Source: Ylistrum balloti (taxonomy: Eukaryota). From it: a DNA stretch of 64,000 bases. The number at the start of each line of letters is the position of its first letter. Position 1 is the stretch's first letter. The DNA lies in NCBI RefSeq assembly GCF_031769215.1, contig NW_026782064.1, forward strand, positions 1,426,001 through 1,490,000, read 5' to 3'. The notes below the pieces were generated by a model that did not search any database, was not told where the DNA came from, and saw only the letters and a program-made list of their open reading frames with translations. The position numbers and the translations under genes were made by a program. Below, piece after piece: positions 39,441-53,889 of the stretch.

Positions 39441-42400
39441 TTACGGGTTGGTGGAGATTCTGGGATTTTTTTACTGTTGGTATAATGACCTCTATGTAAA
39501 ATATTCTATTTCTGTTTGCGATATGAAGCTGGACCTGTTTAATGCTCGTTCGTATGCCTATCTCATTTATTTGAACTGCCGAGGAATCAGAAGACGCTTA
39601 CCATTGCTGAACACGTAGTCTTATTTGTCTTTTACCTTTCATGAATCTCTCTGCTAATATTTCTTTTGTTCTTATTTTACTATAGTTTCATCATATTTGT
39701 GTTTGAATTAAGATTCTGTTAAGATGTAGGCGTTCTTTGTTTTAATTGCAAGGGGTGAATGCTATATACTGTTTCATCAATGAGGAGAACACTTGACGTG
39801 ACGGAACGGTCTATTGGAACTTTTCCCATATCCACCTGTTTACATAAAGTCGACATTTCCTGCCCATCTGTGCATCGTAGTGTTACAGTCACGTGTATTA
39901 CACAAGATTATAACAAAAACAAAAGAATGGCATTTCACAGTTATTGCAACATTTCGGTCATTGCTAGGGCCTCACGCTCATTGGTTGTTTTCGGTGTTAA
40001 TGAGTCTATGATGCATGGCGTTAAGTTAACCTTCGGTCGGATTTCCTGTAGAGACATCTTCATTTATAATGCACAATGTTATCCGAAAACATGTCGGGCA
40101 ATGCACTAGATGCACAGAGGAGGAAATGTTTGGCAAATTGTAAAACGTATCAAGAAATATGACGTTTCTGTGTATACAATAGTAAGAGTCACTGACTAAA
40201 GCTGTGTTTAGTAGTGTAAACATTGTATAAACAAAATAATGAGGGTCACTGATGCGAGCTGTCTGTGTTTGGTAGTGTATAATACACAAGAGAGGTCTAT
40301 GTTTTGAAGTGTACAATGCCTTTTTCTATGCTGCTACTGCAGACTTAGTATTAAACGTGAAAAGAGAAATCTAGGGGATATACCTAAACATCTGTCCTTG
40401 TATCTAGTGTTCTCCTCAAAACGGATTGATTTCATTATCTATGATCTAGGTGTTTGGACTGATTGAAAGATGCCAATAATTTCCCTCGTAAATTATACAT
40501 ATACACATATGTAGAGAAGGTGTTAAGGTAGAAAGCAATTATCTAATTATTTGAGCCAATTAAAATATATTAACTATGAGAAATTCGAAATACATCATCA
40601 TTTACTCTACAGTCACGCGCTTGTCGTCTCGGACATACCGTAGCTCGTCCTTTTGCATAATTCTGAAGCTTTTCTTCACTTGCCTTGACCAATTTATCAC
40701 CTGTCAAAATCAGCGGCTTCGAAACACCTGTCCAAAAGATAACATAATGACTGCATGGAATGTTATACACATGACCTATAAAATAATTTAATCGTCCGCA
40801 CATGCTAGCCAACGTGCAACCCGACCCATGCCAAATTATCCAGTGATTTAAACTAAAAAAGTATGAGTATTTCATTCATACACATGTACATTTCTCTAAA
40901 AACAATTGATCTATAAATTTGGAAAACCCTGCCTTTTCCGTTTTAACAATTGTATCCCCTTATCACCACTACTGAAATCATATTTATTACGACATCTCCA
41001 TGCTAATATATCATATGTATACTTTCTGTTCCGTTGGTAACCCGAGATACCAGTGAACCGGATATCAACTGTTAGACAGGAAGACTGTAAAACAAATTTT
41101 AAAAAGTTAACCACAGGGCGACAACATCTCATATGACTTAGAAAATAAAAACATAGATATACTGTGGACTGTATAAATACTGTGATAGAGGCACGAAACA
41201 TACACGGTGGACTGTATAAACACTGTGAGAGAGGGACCAAAGTTCCGTACTAACTTCCTGTGCAAATTATGACCGACACCTAATAAGAAGGTGCAGGTAC
41301 CACATTAGATTATAAAAGAAATATCAAACACGACATCTGGTATTAGTCACAATTTAGAAAACTCTTGCGGAAAGATTTGGTCCAGAAGTATGTTGGAGGA
41401 ATCGATGTCTATAAAGTATTTTAAGTATTTTACATTCTTGGTGAAACTTCAAGGATATACGCTACTAGACAATTTGATCAGGCTTAAATCACTGTACACA
41501 GCATTTCCTAGTTAACACGCAATGTCGTCTTCTGGCATACAAAACCTGCATGGGAATTATAATCAGCCAAAGGCTGAAATGTTTAAATATACAAAATTAA
41601 TGCTTAACATGCAAGTACGTTAAGTGTTTTAATTACATTGTTGGGTAAAAACTCTCTTACAGTCATGCTAATTGGTTGCAAAGTATCGTCGTTAATAGAT
41701 TTAATGGTGTATGAGAAGGCGTGAAAAGCTCATGTTATATAGCTGTCTATACATATTTTAAATCTTTAATTGGTAAGCCAGGAGAAAAATAGCCAAACCA
41801 ATATTTGGTGTATTCTCTTTACTATATAACACTGTACTACCAATTTATATACCCAGAATAACACCATTTGTACTAATTCATAATTTCTAATCATCACCTA
41901 TATTCATCTTATTAACCCGTAAAGTCACAACATGTCATCTCTGGGCCAAACATGTTTAGAATACAGCACTCTAAATCATGAGAAAAGACAGTATGTTGGA
42001 ATGTGTGAAGTTCACAACACAATATCAAGCTACACTATGGAATGGAAATCATACATGAAAAAAGGAAACAAACGTGTTCCAAGATAAATATATTTTATCT
42101 TTTCTTCTGGAATCGTCCATCCGTCAGTACAACGTTTCCTGGTTAATGGTTCTTGTAAACCTTGTTATCCTACTCAGTCATACACTTTTCATAATGATGG
42201 TGCTTTCAATGGACTATTCTGAGTAATTCAATATAAATCAAAGATGAAACGTGTTCTCTACCTCATTGGTTTGTTCAACGCTTTAAAACCAATATTTTGC
42301 TCGACCTGAGAAAGGGTGAAACAGCAAACATCAAATATATAGCCTGAAAATTGAAAGTTATTTCTATCTGTAAAGGACTGTTTACATATTAAGTCTCATT

Positions 42401-45400
42401 TTCAACGAGTTAATAGTATGTTAACCCCAAGGAAAATTTATATATAATCCTTTACTTTAATACTTCTATCGCAGATTGGTAGACTAACCACCGTTCCAGA
42501 AGTTAAATAAGGATTTGTATACTAGCTTACCTCCCATCTCGTGAATCTTTGGGTCTAGAACTATCAGACCAATTTTTTTATGTAGTTTGAATATTTTAGA
42601 GATTTTAGCCAGTCTGTTAACAGGATTCCTATAAGTCTCGCAGCGGTATGCACTTATTGTTTTTTACCGCATGTTGTGTACCTGTGATTCTTTACCATGT
42701 ATTCTAAGTTTGTTTACAGTTTCATCCTCTAGTATGTAATACCACGCAACAACAACAATAAACTTGTTTCTGTCCATAACATTGCAGACGGAGTATATAT
42801 TATCTGTATTATCTTTTACTATAACGTTGAAATGCCAATCCAATAACGCGTCATTCAGCCATATATGTGTGGTACAGAGGACTATTTGGAAATAGGCCAA
42901 CGGCGAAATAGATTATGTTATTAACAAGCGTCACTGTGTCAACAACAAACAAGTGAACAAATAAATCTTCACACAATGAAAAATTCACACTGAAATAGTG
43001 CGACGGATTTGCTGACGTCACTGTAGTAAATGGGCTTGAATGGGATCGATAAGGGCTATGATAATATTTCGAATCAACATTAAAGGTTATGGGTGAATAT
43101 GTATACCGATATACGACATGTTTTGGATTTTGATTATCTATATATATATATATATGTACTAATTATTTTTACAACACTACGTGTCATATCCCGATATTGT
43201 AACCAGTATTTCGAAATGACGTCGTAATGATGTAGTGTTATTTAATTTAATCATTTAAATGTCTATTTTTTACATTTTTTATCAAATATAGTAAACGTAA
43301 TGTGAGATAATGTGTTCGGTGTGATTAAGAGGAAGAATCACAGGATTACTGCTTGCTGGGCCTTTTGACAAATATTCCATCAAGACATGACTGACAATTA
43401 TTCGTCCTCTCCTGTACTAATCACCCACTGAATGTAAATACTATTGGTGCTGCATGTCCTTTTGTTTGACGATGTTTGTCTTCTTCTCTGATGTGTTACA
43501 TTATAATGTGATTTAGATAGGACTACAATATATAGTAATAACCAGGATAACACTGACGACGTGAAAAGTAAAACGTTATACGTGCCTGCAAATGTATCTT
43601 TATCGAAGAAATACTAAAAGATAAGCACTGCTATCTATAGGTTTTCGAGGCTAGTTATTTTTTCTTTTAAACGGGACTGGTAAAAGCACGTGGCAGGGGC
43701 TTTTAATCTTTGATATATAACATACAAAATTCAGTATCATTGTCACGAGAACTACTATAATCAACCAAAGAGACAAAAAAAATGATATATATATATATTT
43801 ATATAAATCATAAAGGTATTGCTTTCAAACCAACATTCCGGTAAATATGCAGTTGTCTTTGAACAGGTGCTTCCTATCATGTGATGACATAATTCATCTT
43901 CTTTATATCTTCATTTAATTGCTACGCTGTGTTTTATATGCACACTCACCTTCACGATAAAAAACGTAGCTGATTCAGTTGTCACTTCATACGGTTGTTG
44001 TGGTAATAAAACTATCTTAACTACCTTTTGCATTGCGGTTATCTTATAGCAAAATAAGATAAATTGGAATGATTTTCTCCAAAATAGCTTAAGATTACTG
44101 ACTGCTTAGTGTGGATTATCATTAATAGCTGTATGCATTTTATTTTTTGTGTCTGAACCAGATGAAAATTTCTCGTCAATTTGTCGGAAATCCAACTTTA
44201 TGCTAAATATCAGGATCGTATGATATTCGTTGCAGTTTTATTATTGAAGAGGTTCTTCAAAACTGCACACGTGTGATAGATCAAGCGTGACCTGCACCAG
44301 CATTGTAGTGTTTGTGGTAAACCACGGAACATCACCTTTACCACAGACTAGGTTTTTATCTGGTGGTGTTTAATGTCTCACTACCTGTCATTTGATCGTA
44401 AACCTGACCACACCGCGTGGGTATTGCTAGTAATTATTTAGTTATTTACAGTGTGGTTACTGTTTTATCTCTCGTTTTGATTTGGCTTTCATCATATATA
44501 TATATATATAGTGCATGCACTACACCACATTAGCTCCATCAACCGCAAAACTTTTTAAATGATATATATTTCGGGATATTCTTGATTAACCGTTTTTTCA
44601 CACTACATATATTTTCATATTTATCCATATGTATTTTCGTTACAGGAATTTACGATTCGTAGATGGCCTAGTAGTTTTGGTTATGCCTTGCTTTCAGACA
44701 GCACAACCTTGAACAAGTACAAGCTCGCACCGTTACATCGCAAACATAGCATCTGTGTGGTCTTGATAGGGTGATGTTTATGTAATAAAAATAGGCATGA
44801 CGGCACAAGATCATTTATCAAAAGATTAAAAAAAAAGAAGAGATAACTGTGGTCCTCAAACGAAGATTGAAGTGGTATTAAAATAGACATGACGACATAT
44901 AGTTACTTATCAAAAGACCTCTTCTCATGAAGGGTTAATTATCAATTTCGAAATATACATTTAAGGCCGTTCAAGGTCGATTACATTCAACAACTCATTT
45001 TACCAAAACAACCAATTCCGAAAAATACCTTATCTTTGTAATTTTAAAACATGGATGAAGGCACCGATTTTATTTATCTGTACATTTTAGTTTTCACATT
45101 TTGTGTGATAAATGTGATATCAGCTCGCCTACACTAAAAGGTGTGCTGTACTGTTATATTCAGACGATAGATAATAGATGAACACAATGAGTGACACTTT
45201 AGGTATGGATAGAAGATAAATTATATGCCTACCTATGCTAAAACAGTATCATACAACTGTTCCGTCTTTAACGAAACTTCAGAGACTTTTAAAATTGAAA
45301 ACCAGAAGGGGCATTTGGGATATCATATCAATCTACACGGATGAAATACGGAAGAAAAACGTTATTTACAATAATTTATTCATTTTTGCAGTTTGTGAAG

Positions 45401-45929
45401 AAATGACATGATTTGCTGCAATGATATGAAACGATCTACATTCAGTTTATATGATCCGATGAAAACAAACGTAGCATCACCACAGCTTGAAGAGTTGACA
45501 TACAATTCTGTTTTAGCGACAATAAGTATATATTTCTTTGTAACCTGTATAGGAAGAATATCGTGGTACAGTGAAATTTAATGTCTAGTTTAATTCAAGT
45601 TGACCTGTAGCTGTCATTAAATTCATGTTGATATACATGATGATGTCAAGAAACATCACTATTATTGGTTAAAGTACAGACCACCAACAAGAGGAATTCC
45701 TTATTTTTCAAACACCTTCCAAAAATGTTCGCCAAAAACAGTTAATTGATTATGTTGTAAGTCGACAACCTACTGTGAGTGCTGGCATAAAGCATTTCTG
45801 GTCTTTTTGTTTGTTTCGAGATTGTTTGACTGGGTTGGGTGTGTTCAGTTCTTTTAAGTATATCTGATGGTTTCGTCGTCATTAATTAAATCATGTTAAT
45901 AACATTGTATAAAATATCAGACCTTCATT

Positions 45930-46080
45930 TCACGGCGGGGTTCTTAAAGAAAACGCTTACCCTTGCAAAACACATGATCCTGTTCTCAAACTTACCCCTT
46001 GTAAATCCTTTATTTATTTTTCCCTCCGTTTTCGATTCGATTTTGTGAATTATGGTCTTTTCGACTTGACGGTTTTCTCT
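45930..46080 (+). mobile_element. Possible degenerate terminal segment of a Penelope-like element
   Basis: TTCACGGCGGGG...ACGCTTACCCTTGCAAAACACATGATCC resembles the CACGGCGGGTG...ATGCTTACTCCTCC...CACCTGATCC end motif as I recall it; weak. Confidence 0.25.
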
Positions 46081-46656
46081 TGTTTATGATCAATGGTTTG
46101 TTTGTTTGTTCCTCTATTGCTTTATGAGGAATATGAATGCCTGTAAATATACACTTTTTACACTGATATATACACATATCAGACGATTACAAACGTTTAC
46201 TTGTTTTAAGAAGAAAAATCGTCCTCTTCATTAGCATCGTCTGTATCGCAAGACGGCAGGAATCCACAATAAAACTAGATTTATCCATAGCACATGGACT
46301 TTAGAATCGTTTTGAAATATGAAATATAAAATACTGTTCGAATGTCAGTTATTTGTCGTGTTAATAGATAAGTTAATTTGCATTTCTAAATCTATAATTA
46401 TCATATGTGGATATATTATGACAATTCTATTTTTTTTCCCCGTTGTGATGTTATTTATTTTACCCCTTAAACTACACTAGTTGTACGTACGACCTCAACA
46501 TTCATTGTTGTGTCAATCTTGTGAACTGATACATAGGATTTACAATGATAACTACAATACAATATTCCAGTAGCATTGGTTGGAGAGTTTAAAACATTAT
46601 AGAACCAGTTCGTGCATATTGCATGATGTTACTTATGTAGAAACTGTCAGCTGCTA

Positions 46657-46930
46657 CATGTCGACATCGTGACAGACATCGAGATAGTACTTGATATGTC
46701 GACATCATGACAGACATCAGAATAATACTCGATATGTCGACATCTTGACAGACATCAGAATAGTACTGATATATATGTCGACATTGTGACAGACATCAGA
46801 ATAGTACTCGATATGTCAACATCTTGACAGACATCAGAATAATACTGATATATATGTCGACATTGTGACAGACATCAGAATAGCACTCATATAGATGTCG
46901 ACATTGCGACAGACATCGGAATAGTACTTG
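46657..46930. repeat. 38-42 bp minisatellite, about 7 copies, with palindromic core ATGTCGACAT
   Basis: ATGTCGACAT.GTGACAGACATCAGAATAGTACT recurs in tandem. Confidence 0.9.
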
Positions 46931-49900
46931 AGCTTATACACCACCAAGCATCTGTATCTTAAACAGTTAGGCCAATAAGCACATCCTTTATTGCTTCAAA
47001 CTTTAAAAAAGACTACACCAAAATGTCACTTAAAGTATCGTGCACTTATGTTTCCTTTAAGACTTTACATGGAACAACTGCCTCACTATCAATTTATAAC
47101 TTTTTAAAAAGATCTCTATTCGCAAAGAGACATTTTCACAGCTCTACCTTGAAACATCAAAAACAAAAACAAAATACTGACTGAGATAAATGAGACCCAC
47201 TGTATCAGAATGAAGAAGCGCGGGTTTCTGTTCACATACTTCACATGAAGAAATGTCTGGTGCGTGTTGTGGAGATGATCGTTACAACTTTAATATTTGT
47301 CATTCAAACTTGTTGATTGTCATAAGCGACAGATATAATTTTCATTACATATATTAACATACATTGCACGACTATATGATATTTTGTTGTCAACAGAGGT
47401 GGAATACTTGGATGTCAACAGAGAAAGAACACTGTTGGGATGACCGAGTACTCCCTCTTCCGAAACGTTCAACCCATTTGGGTTTGGTTTTGTAACAGTC
47501 TATAAATACTAATTCTGTTATCCTTTGGTAACATTTTAGGTCTTACAATCACCCTCTGTTCATCCTACATAATTGAAGGCAGCTTCACCATAAATGCACA
47601 TTTATTATAAAGGTTCTTTGCTAATGCTTTCCTCCTAATTCAATCGTGTAATACAAAAAAACTGTACTTATCACTTTGAGTGTGAATGTAGATACTGTCA
47701 TGTGCTATATTCATGCAAGTATCTCTCCTTTTAAAGCCATCCATCTTCCATGGACTGTTGAACACTGATCTGATAACGTTATATTCTCGTTAAAGTTCAC
47801 CGAGATTCGGATACTCGGGGGCATGCCATAAGGGGTGAAGGTCGTTTTCTATTTTTTTCCTGATCTGTCATAGTTGTTGACGAAACTAGAGGTGTCTTGC
47901 GGTGTATCAGATGAACTGTATCCTCTCATAGGTAGCTTACCTGAGGGATACCATTAATGTACTTTCCAGGTTTGCTCCTGGTCAAACAAACAACGTGTGA
48001 ACTCGCACACTCAACTTGATCTCATTGGAATTTTTAACCTCAGTAAACGAGGTAGATAGTTAGATATGGTATTTCCCAACTTCTCTTGGAATAAATATAG
48101 CTCTGATTGGGTTCTTTATGTTTTCATAAGAAAACCGTTTAGTTTTATTTTGTTTTGTCATTCCCAGTCAACAGCCGCCAGGGTTATTTTGAAGGCGGCA
48201 TTTCCTCGTGGTAGTTACCTCACCAAATAACATGCGATGAGAACCACTGTGTATATTAAGATAGAGTGTGATAAAGGATTTTGTACAACACGGTGTAAAA
48301 CATGCAGTAAAACGTACAAGATAAAAACCAAAAATTCAAAACAGATGACTAATTATTTGGTTTTTCCTTTCGTTTGGACAATCATAACAGTTTATTTAGA
48401 CAATCTATCTTGTTTTACTAAAACGTCACTGAACGATAAACATTGTAAAAATGAAAAAATAAAAAGATAAAAAAAAAAGAGAAAATAGTTGAATCGGACA
48501 CTTCTTCCTCTCAAAGTTGCATTACCGTGTCTTGTCCTAACACTACAAAACATTTCCAGAATCCCCGTTTGATCCCGTCGAAATTTCAACTTTTTATTAA
48601 GCTACATCTTCGTTTTCTTTAGTTTTGCTATTTTTTTCTGATCTCCGTTGTTTTGATTTTACCAATGTTCCTACTTTAATACCGTTTCTATAACAACAAC
48701 AGACAGGAAGAATCGATGTCAATGATACTTCCATTAATGTTCACTCCTCATAATCTACCTTATTTTACAGGAGAGTTCACTTTACCCTGCTTCAAATAGT
48801 TCAGAAGTTCTACTGTACTGTAGAGTTATCTATCTAAACGTAGACTCAATACATAAATCGGGTTTTCACTCTGTAGGCGATCGTCATGGCAGTGAGACAA
48901 TCGTCACTGGAACAGAAACTTATTCACGAAGCGTTTGGACAATTTAGTTTGTTTGGAGTTTAATGTTCTTGCATAAAGCCACAACGACGAGTGTTTAGAT
49001 GAACGCTGACATAGAAATCAACCTGCAGAAAGACACAGCAATATGGCGTCCAGATTTACACCAGACATAACGTCTTCATCTGTAATGGGTGGACAGAATA
49101 GAAATATAGCTTCGAGATTTATCAACCAAATCGATGTTATTCGATAGAAGTATGTTTCTTAAATGATCCTCGTTTTATGACCTTCAGCATCCGATATCAA
49201 ATCAACCTCACATATTGTTCAGCTTTGGTACCTTTGGTGTTAATGAAAAACCGATGGATCGATGGTATGTAGTATAAATTTCTGCGAATTCTGCTTCAGC
49301 TTTCGGCACATGAGTGAAGTTTATAAAAATGTTTTAAAAAATCTAGCATTTCCCTCATTAATGTAATCTTACAATTGCATTTTCATGGTAACGCAAAATA
49401 TTTCAGATACAATTGGATAATGTTTCTGAGCAATATGCAAGATGGTTGATTTGAAAGTTGATTAATTGAAATAAAAACATTTTTATTGAATACTTTTTCC
49501 TTTCTATTGTTTATTCTGTCTGCTATTTCTTAGTATGTATCCTATTCTGTGGTTAATTTGGATGTACATTTTACGTATCAAACTGAGATCATGTATCTCA
49601 CGTGACTTTTTCCTTTTAGATGACGGAACCGAATCAGGACTTCATTTGATACGCTTTAAAACAAACATCTGATTTTAAGTTTTGCGTGTTCTAAGTGTAT
49701 AAAGAGAAGTATGTTTAATGGTTTGCAGGGTTAGGGTTGTATCAGGTGATTAATAAACACTCGTGGTCGTACGATGATACTCAATCATTAAAAACGTCTA
49801 CTTCACGTGACCAAACGTGACTGAGACTTACTCAGCAAATCAGGTAATGGATATATGACGCCAGTATAAGGTGAAATTTGAGTTATCTTTATGTACAAGA

Positions 49901-50042
49901 CAATGAGCTCGCGAGACCGGATTTATAGGGACAGCCACATAATGGTCCGTAACTTCAATGAGGTCAGTATGTGACTATAGAACCGTCCCTCTGGATTACT
50001 ATTTTACCTGTCGCTGCCGAACAAGAAAGGTGCCTCAATGGC

Positions 50043-50131
50043 ACAATACAATACAATACAATACAATACAATACAGTGCATTACAATACAATACAACAAT
50101 ACAATACAATACAGTGCATTACAATACAATA
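50043..50131. repeat. (AATAC)n pentanucleotide microsatellite
   Basis: Directly visible; explains the IQYNT and VLYC ORFs. Confidence 0.95.
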
Positions 50132-51778
50132 CAGAACTTTTGGAAGGTCTTGTCCTTGTCTGGAATAATTTATCACACATCACAGTCCGAATATTGGACA
50201 TTTCCAATCCCATGGACCCTAATTTGATCATTTTAATAGAAAAAAGATCTGTTGAAAAGAATGATGCAAAACGAGTAACAAATACATAACAAATGAAAAA
50301 ATACTAGATAGATTCTTCTAGGTTCCGTATTGTGCATTAACAAGCTAACGATTACACTTGTATACAACAAGGGAATTCGTACCAGTGTGAGATTACTTAC
50401 ACACAGTACCACTGGGATAGTGTCCAACATGATCAACATCATTATTTTATATCAGCATCATACTTTGATTTTTCAATTTCAATGACGTGGTGTTATCACA
50501 GGTTAGTTACTGTGAATGACCAGTATAACCTGAACGCACTTTAACAAGACTGACCAGGAAAGTGGCCAGCCAGCTGAGTCACGTGTATGACCTGGTTTGT
50601 GTTAAGTAAATCTGTTTTACAAGGTATGGGGTGATTTAAATGGTTACATCTGGACACGTGTTTCGAAAGCATGTGTTTACCTGGTACCATGAACAGCCTT
50701 TTCCTGCTTTTTAAGGTATCCAACAAAAAGACTGAAATATTTTAAAACCATAAAGTTACTACAGTTGCAAATAAATAGAATGCACCAACTACGTAACAAT
50801 ATTATGTACACTGTAGATATACGGAAACCATTTAATTGTTTGTATTAGAGCATGCGATCGTTAAGAGTAAAAGGCACACCAAACCTTCTGTAGTAAGAAG
50901 ACAACTAAGGAATAAGGCGTTATAGTGGTTTATACCATGTCCGTGAAACTACTAGTAATTGTACTCAAAATATATAAAAGACTGTCAATTAGTAATCAAA
51001 TCTCTTCATGTGTTCTATTTCTTCATTTTTTTGTGAAATATAAATATATATTTTTCTGGAAAAAATGAACTCGCGAGAAACGATCTGTACAGTAAAATAA
51101 CACATCGCTGACTCTGATACTGTAGGATAATAATAATATTAATGATATTTATAGATTTGGCAATACGACAGGGCGGGTTCAAACGCCTTTTTATAATTGT
51201 TCGGTAAGGAAACGTTGAACAAAGCTGGTGTGGTAGTCCGGTACGTTTTAGCCACGCCACTAACATTTCACTACGACTGGCCAAAGTATTAACTTAGAAT
51301 AACATTGTGACAATAACTTTGAAAGTCCAGCACTTTAATTACATTTAAAACAATCTCGATGTCATCGAGGTTGAAGTAAAGGTTGATCCAATTTTTAAAT
51401 CAGATATATGATAATGAACCATTATCTGTGTCATCAATCACATTTATATATATACTAAACACGGACATAAAAGTACATGAAAATGTTTATCTTTGGAACA
51501 TATAAATATACATATATATAAAACCCTTTTATGGTATGTTATCGCGGGTTACTATCCGCAGGGAACAGATGATGGGGCCAGGCCCTATCATGTAACAAAC
51601 TTTCTGGTAAATCAATACAATTAGATAAAAATGAATAAATTAGGCGAAGTTATAACACCAAATATATAATAAAATACACAGTACATTAGTTAGATAGTAA
51701 TTATACTTCCTTCTAGCAATAATGTACGGCGCAGTTTTTATGGGTTCGGCCAGTCTCTACAGATGCGGTCGGCGCAAT

Positions 51779-51795
51779 GTGCGCCCTCTAGTGGT
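51779..51795 (-). promoter_or_regulatory. CTCF-binding motif
   Basis: GTGCGCCCTCTAGTGGT; reverse complement ACCACTAGAGGGCGCAC matches the CTCF core CCACYAGRKGGCRS exactly, within an AT-rich background. Confidence 0.7.
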
Positions 51796-53889
51796 TCAAA
51801 GATTGTATTATTATTTTAATGACAGAATAACTATAAAACAACTATGAAGATTAACAACAACATTGGGAAGACAGCTTCAAAAGATTTAGTAACCGATTGA
51901 TCCCAGGATAAATATTACTATATAAAGATATATTTGTCTAGAAGAAAATTGACAATACGTTAATATTCTGAGATTTTCGATGAATTCGAGTAAAAAAATG
52001 CGTTGATAAAGGATTTCCATAATCTAGATTGAACATAATTTGAAAAAAAAATGCAATAAAGTAATATATAAAAATATAATGTCTACTCGGTTATACAGTG
52101 AAATAAGTTATGTTTAATCACAAGAGGTTGGTGTTAATATTGTTTACAGCGATATTCTGCGATCTGTACTCGCATTTAAAGTACGAGAATTGTCAATGGT
52201 ATCTGGAATCATCTGTCGATGAGGTTCTTAAGCACATGACGCTTACTAATCTGGAACACCTGGTCTTATTATCCTTTATCAGAAATCTCTGTGTTTCTAT
52301 ATTTTGCCATTGTTTAATTGAATTTGTGTTGGTAATAACATTATGTTTATATATCAGTATTCTCATTTTTTTTCCTACAAAGAAGAAAGGAATATTAAGG
52401 CAGACATCCTCTGTAACATCCTATGTTTAAAGAGTGACATAAAGTTTTGAATGTTATCATATTACCCGAGTGAGATATCATAACATTTTCTTTTCTCAAA
52501 CTTCTCTTTTCAATTTTCACGTATTAAGAACAACAAAATTCTACATCATATAAGTACAATCTACGTCAGGAGTTCCAGTAGACAGCAATTCAAGATTTAT
52601 TCTGTCACCAAAGCCGGCCATGCTTTTATAATATTGTTAAACTTAATCCTTTGAAGAATCAGTGACCTACACATTACCAATACATAAGTCACCATTGATA
52701 AGTGTCCCTATAACAGAGTACGTGCTGATTGTCGTGTAGACGTATCTGGAACAGGCTGCAGATATTCCAGTAGGAAATTATTGCCTTAAAAGGTTGAACA
52801 AGACAACACTACAACGGAAATGTACAGTCTATTGAATCCTGTTATTAACTGACTCTAAAGCCTTTATGTGGAGTAAAGAAAGTTTGTTGACATAGAAAAG
52901 ACAATTATTCACTACAAAGTATATATTTGTGTATTCAATAACACGCCTCTTCCCTTAAGGACATCCTACCGATCCTAATGTCATCTTATAAAATAAACTT
53001 TTACTCCATTAACCGGATATTACATGTTACTAGGAGGTTAGACATTTTTTGTCTCCTTGTGATTGGTTATATAAGCTATCTGACGGTGAAAACATGAGTA
53101 GAGATCTCCGTTATTTCCGTTCAATCTACCAGCCTTAAAGCAGATAGTTTTCTTATCCGGTAAAGTCGCTGAACGACATCACGTAACACTGCCAATTACT
53201 TAACGCGAACCCGGATGTAGACAATATCTCAATTCTGAAAAAAATGACCTGCAGTATTTTCTTAATGCATCCGAAATCTTTTGTTAAAACTGAAATTTAC
53301 ATTTCCAAATACTAATACCTACGGATAATATAGCACATTTCAATAAAAAAATTAGAAATTGCTTTGAACAGGTTTTACTACTTGTAACATCGGCCATTCT
53401 TTCTAATGACACTACAGTGTTATTCACACCATTCTCTTCGTTTTTGTATCTATTTCAAAACAATATCACAAATACTAAGTATAGGAATTTTCGGAAGAAA
53501 ATATACGGATATGATCTGAGAATACGATGGTTTCAAACAGAAATCTACATTATGCGTGCAAAATACTACACGTCTATTATAAGAAATGTTCAAACAAGTA
53601 CATTAGAAGTTATTCGTCTCTTCAACACCATCACCACACAAACAATATGTGGATTGGAAAATCCCTACTCTATTTAAACCACAACAGTGATTTCTAATCT
53701 GACCATGAAGAGCACAGAGATATCGATTTCCTGTATTTAAATAAACGGGTACTGAAGGAGGGTTACGGGAAATTTTAGATGTAAAAATTTGGGTAGATAC
53801 GCCCAATTTTATGGCATTATCAAGATTATTCCAAAATTTTATTTACGACTTTTTCACAATATCTCGACGTCATCGAGATAAATGATAAT

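Noticed and set aside
40911-41240. 109-aa minus-strand ORF and the other 60-120 aa ORFs in 29-60 kb
   Set aside because: Mostly TTG/GTG starts, no motifs I recognise and no consistent exon chain; treated as random ORFs.
47935-47985. Minus-strand exon-like segment with a CAG|GTAAGC donor
   Set aside because: About 37 nt, no recognisable peptide and no partner exons; isolated splice-like signals are common.
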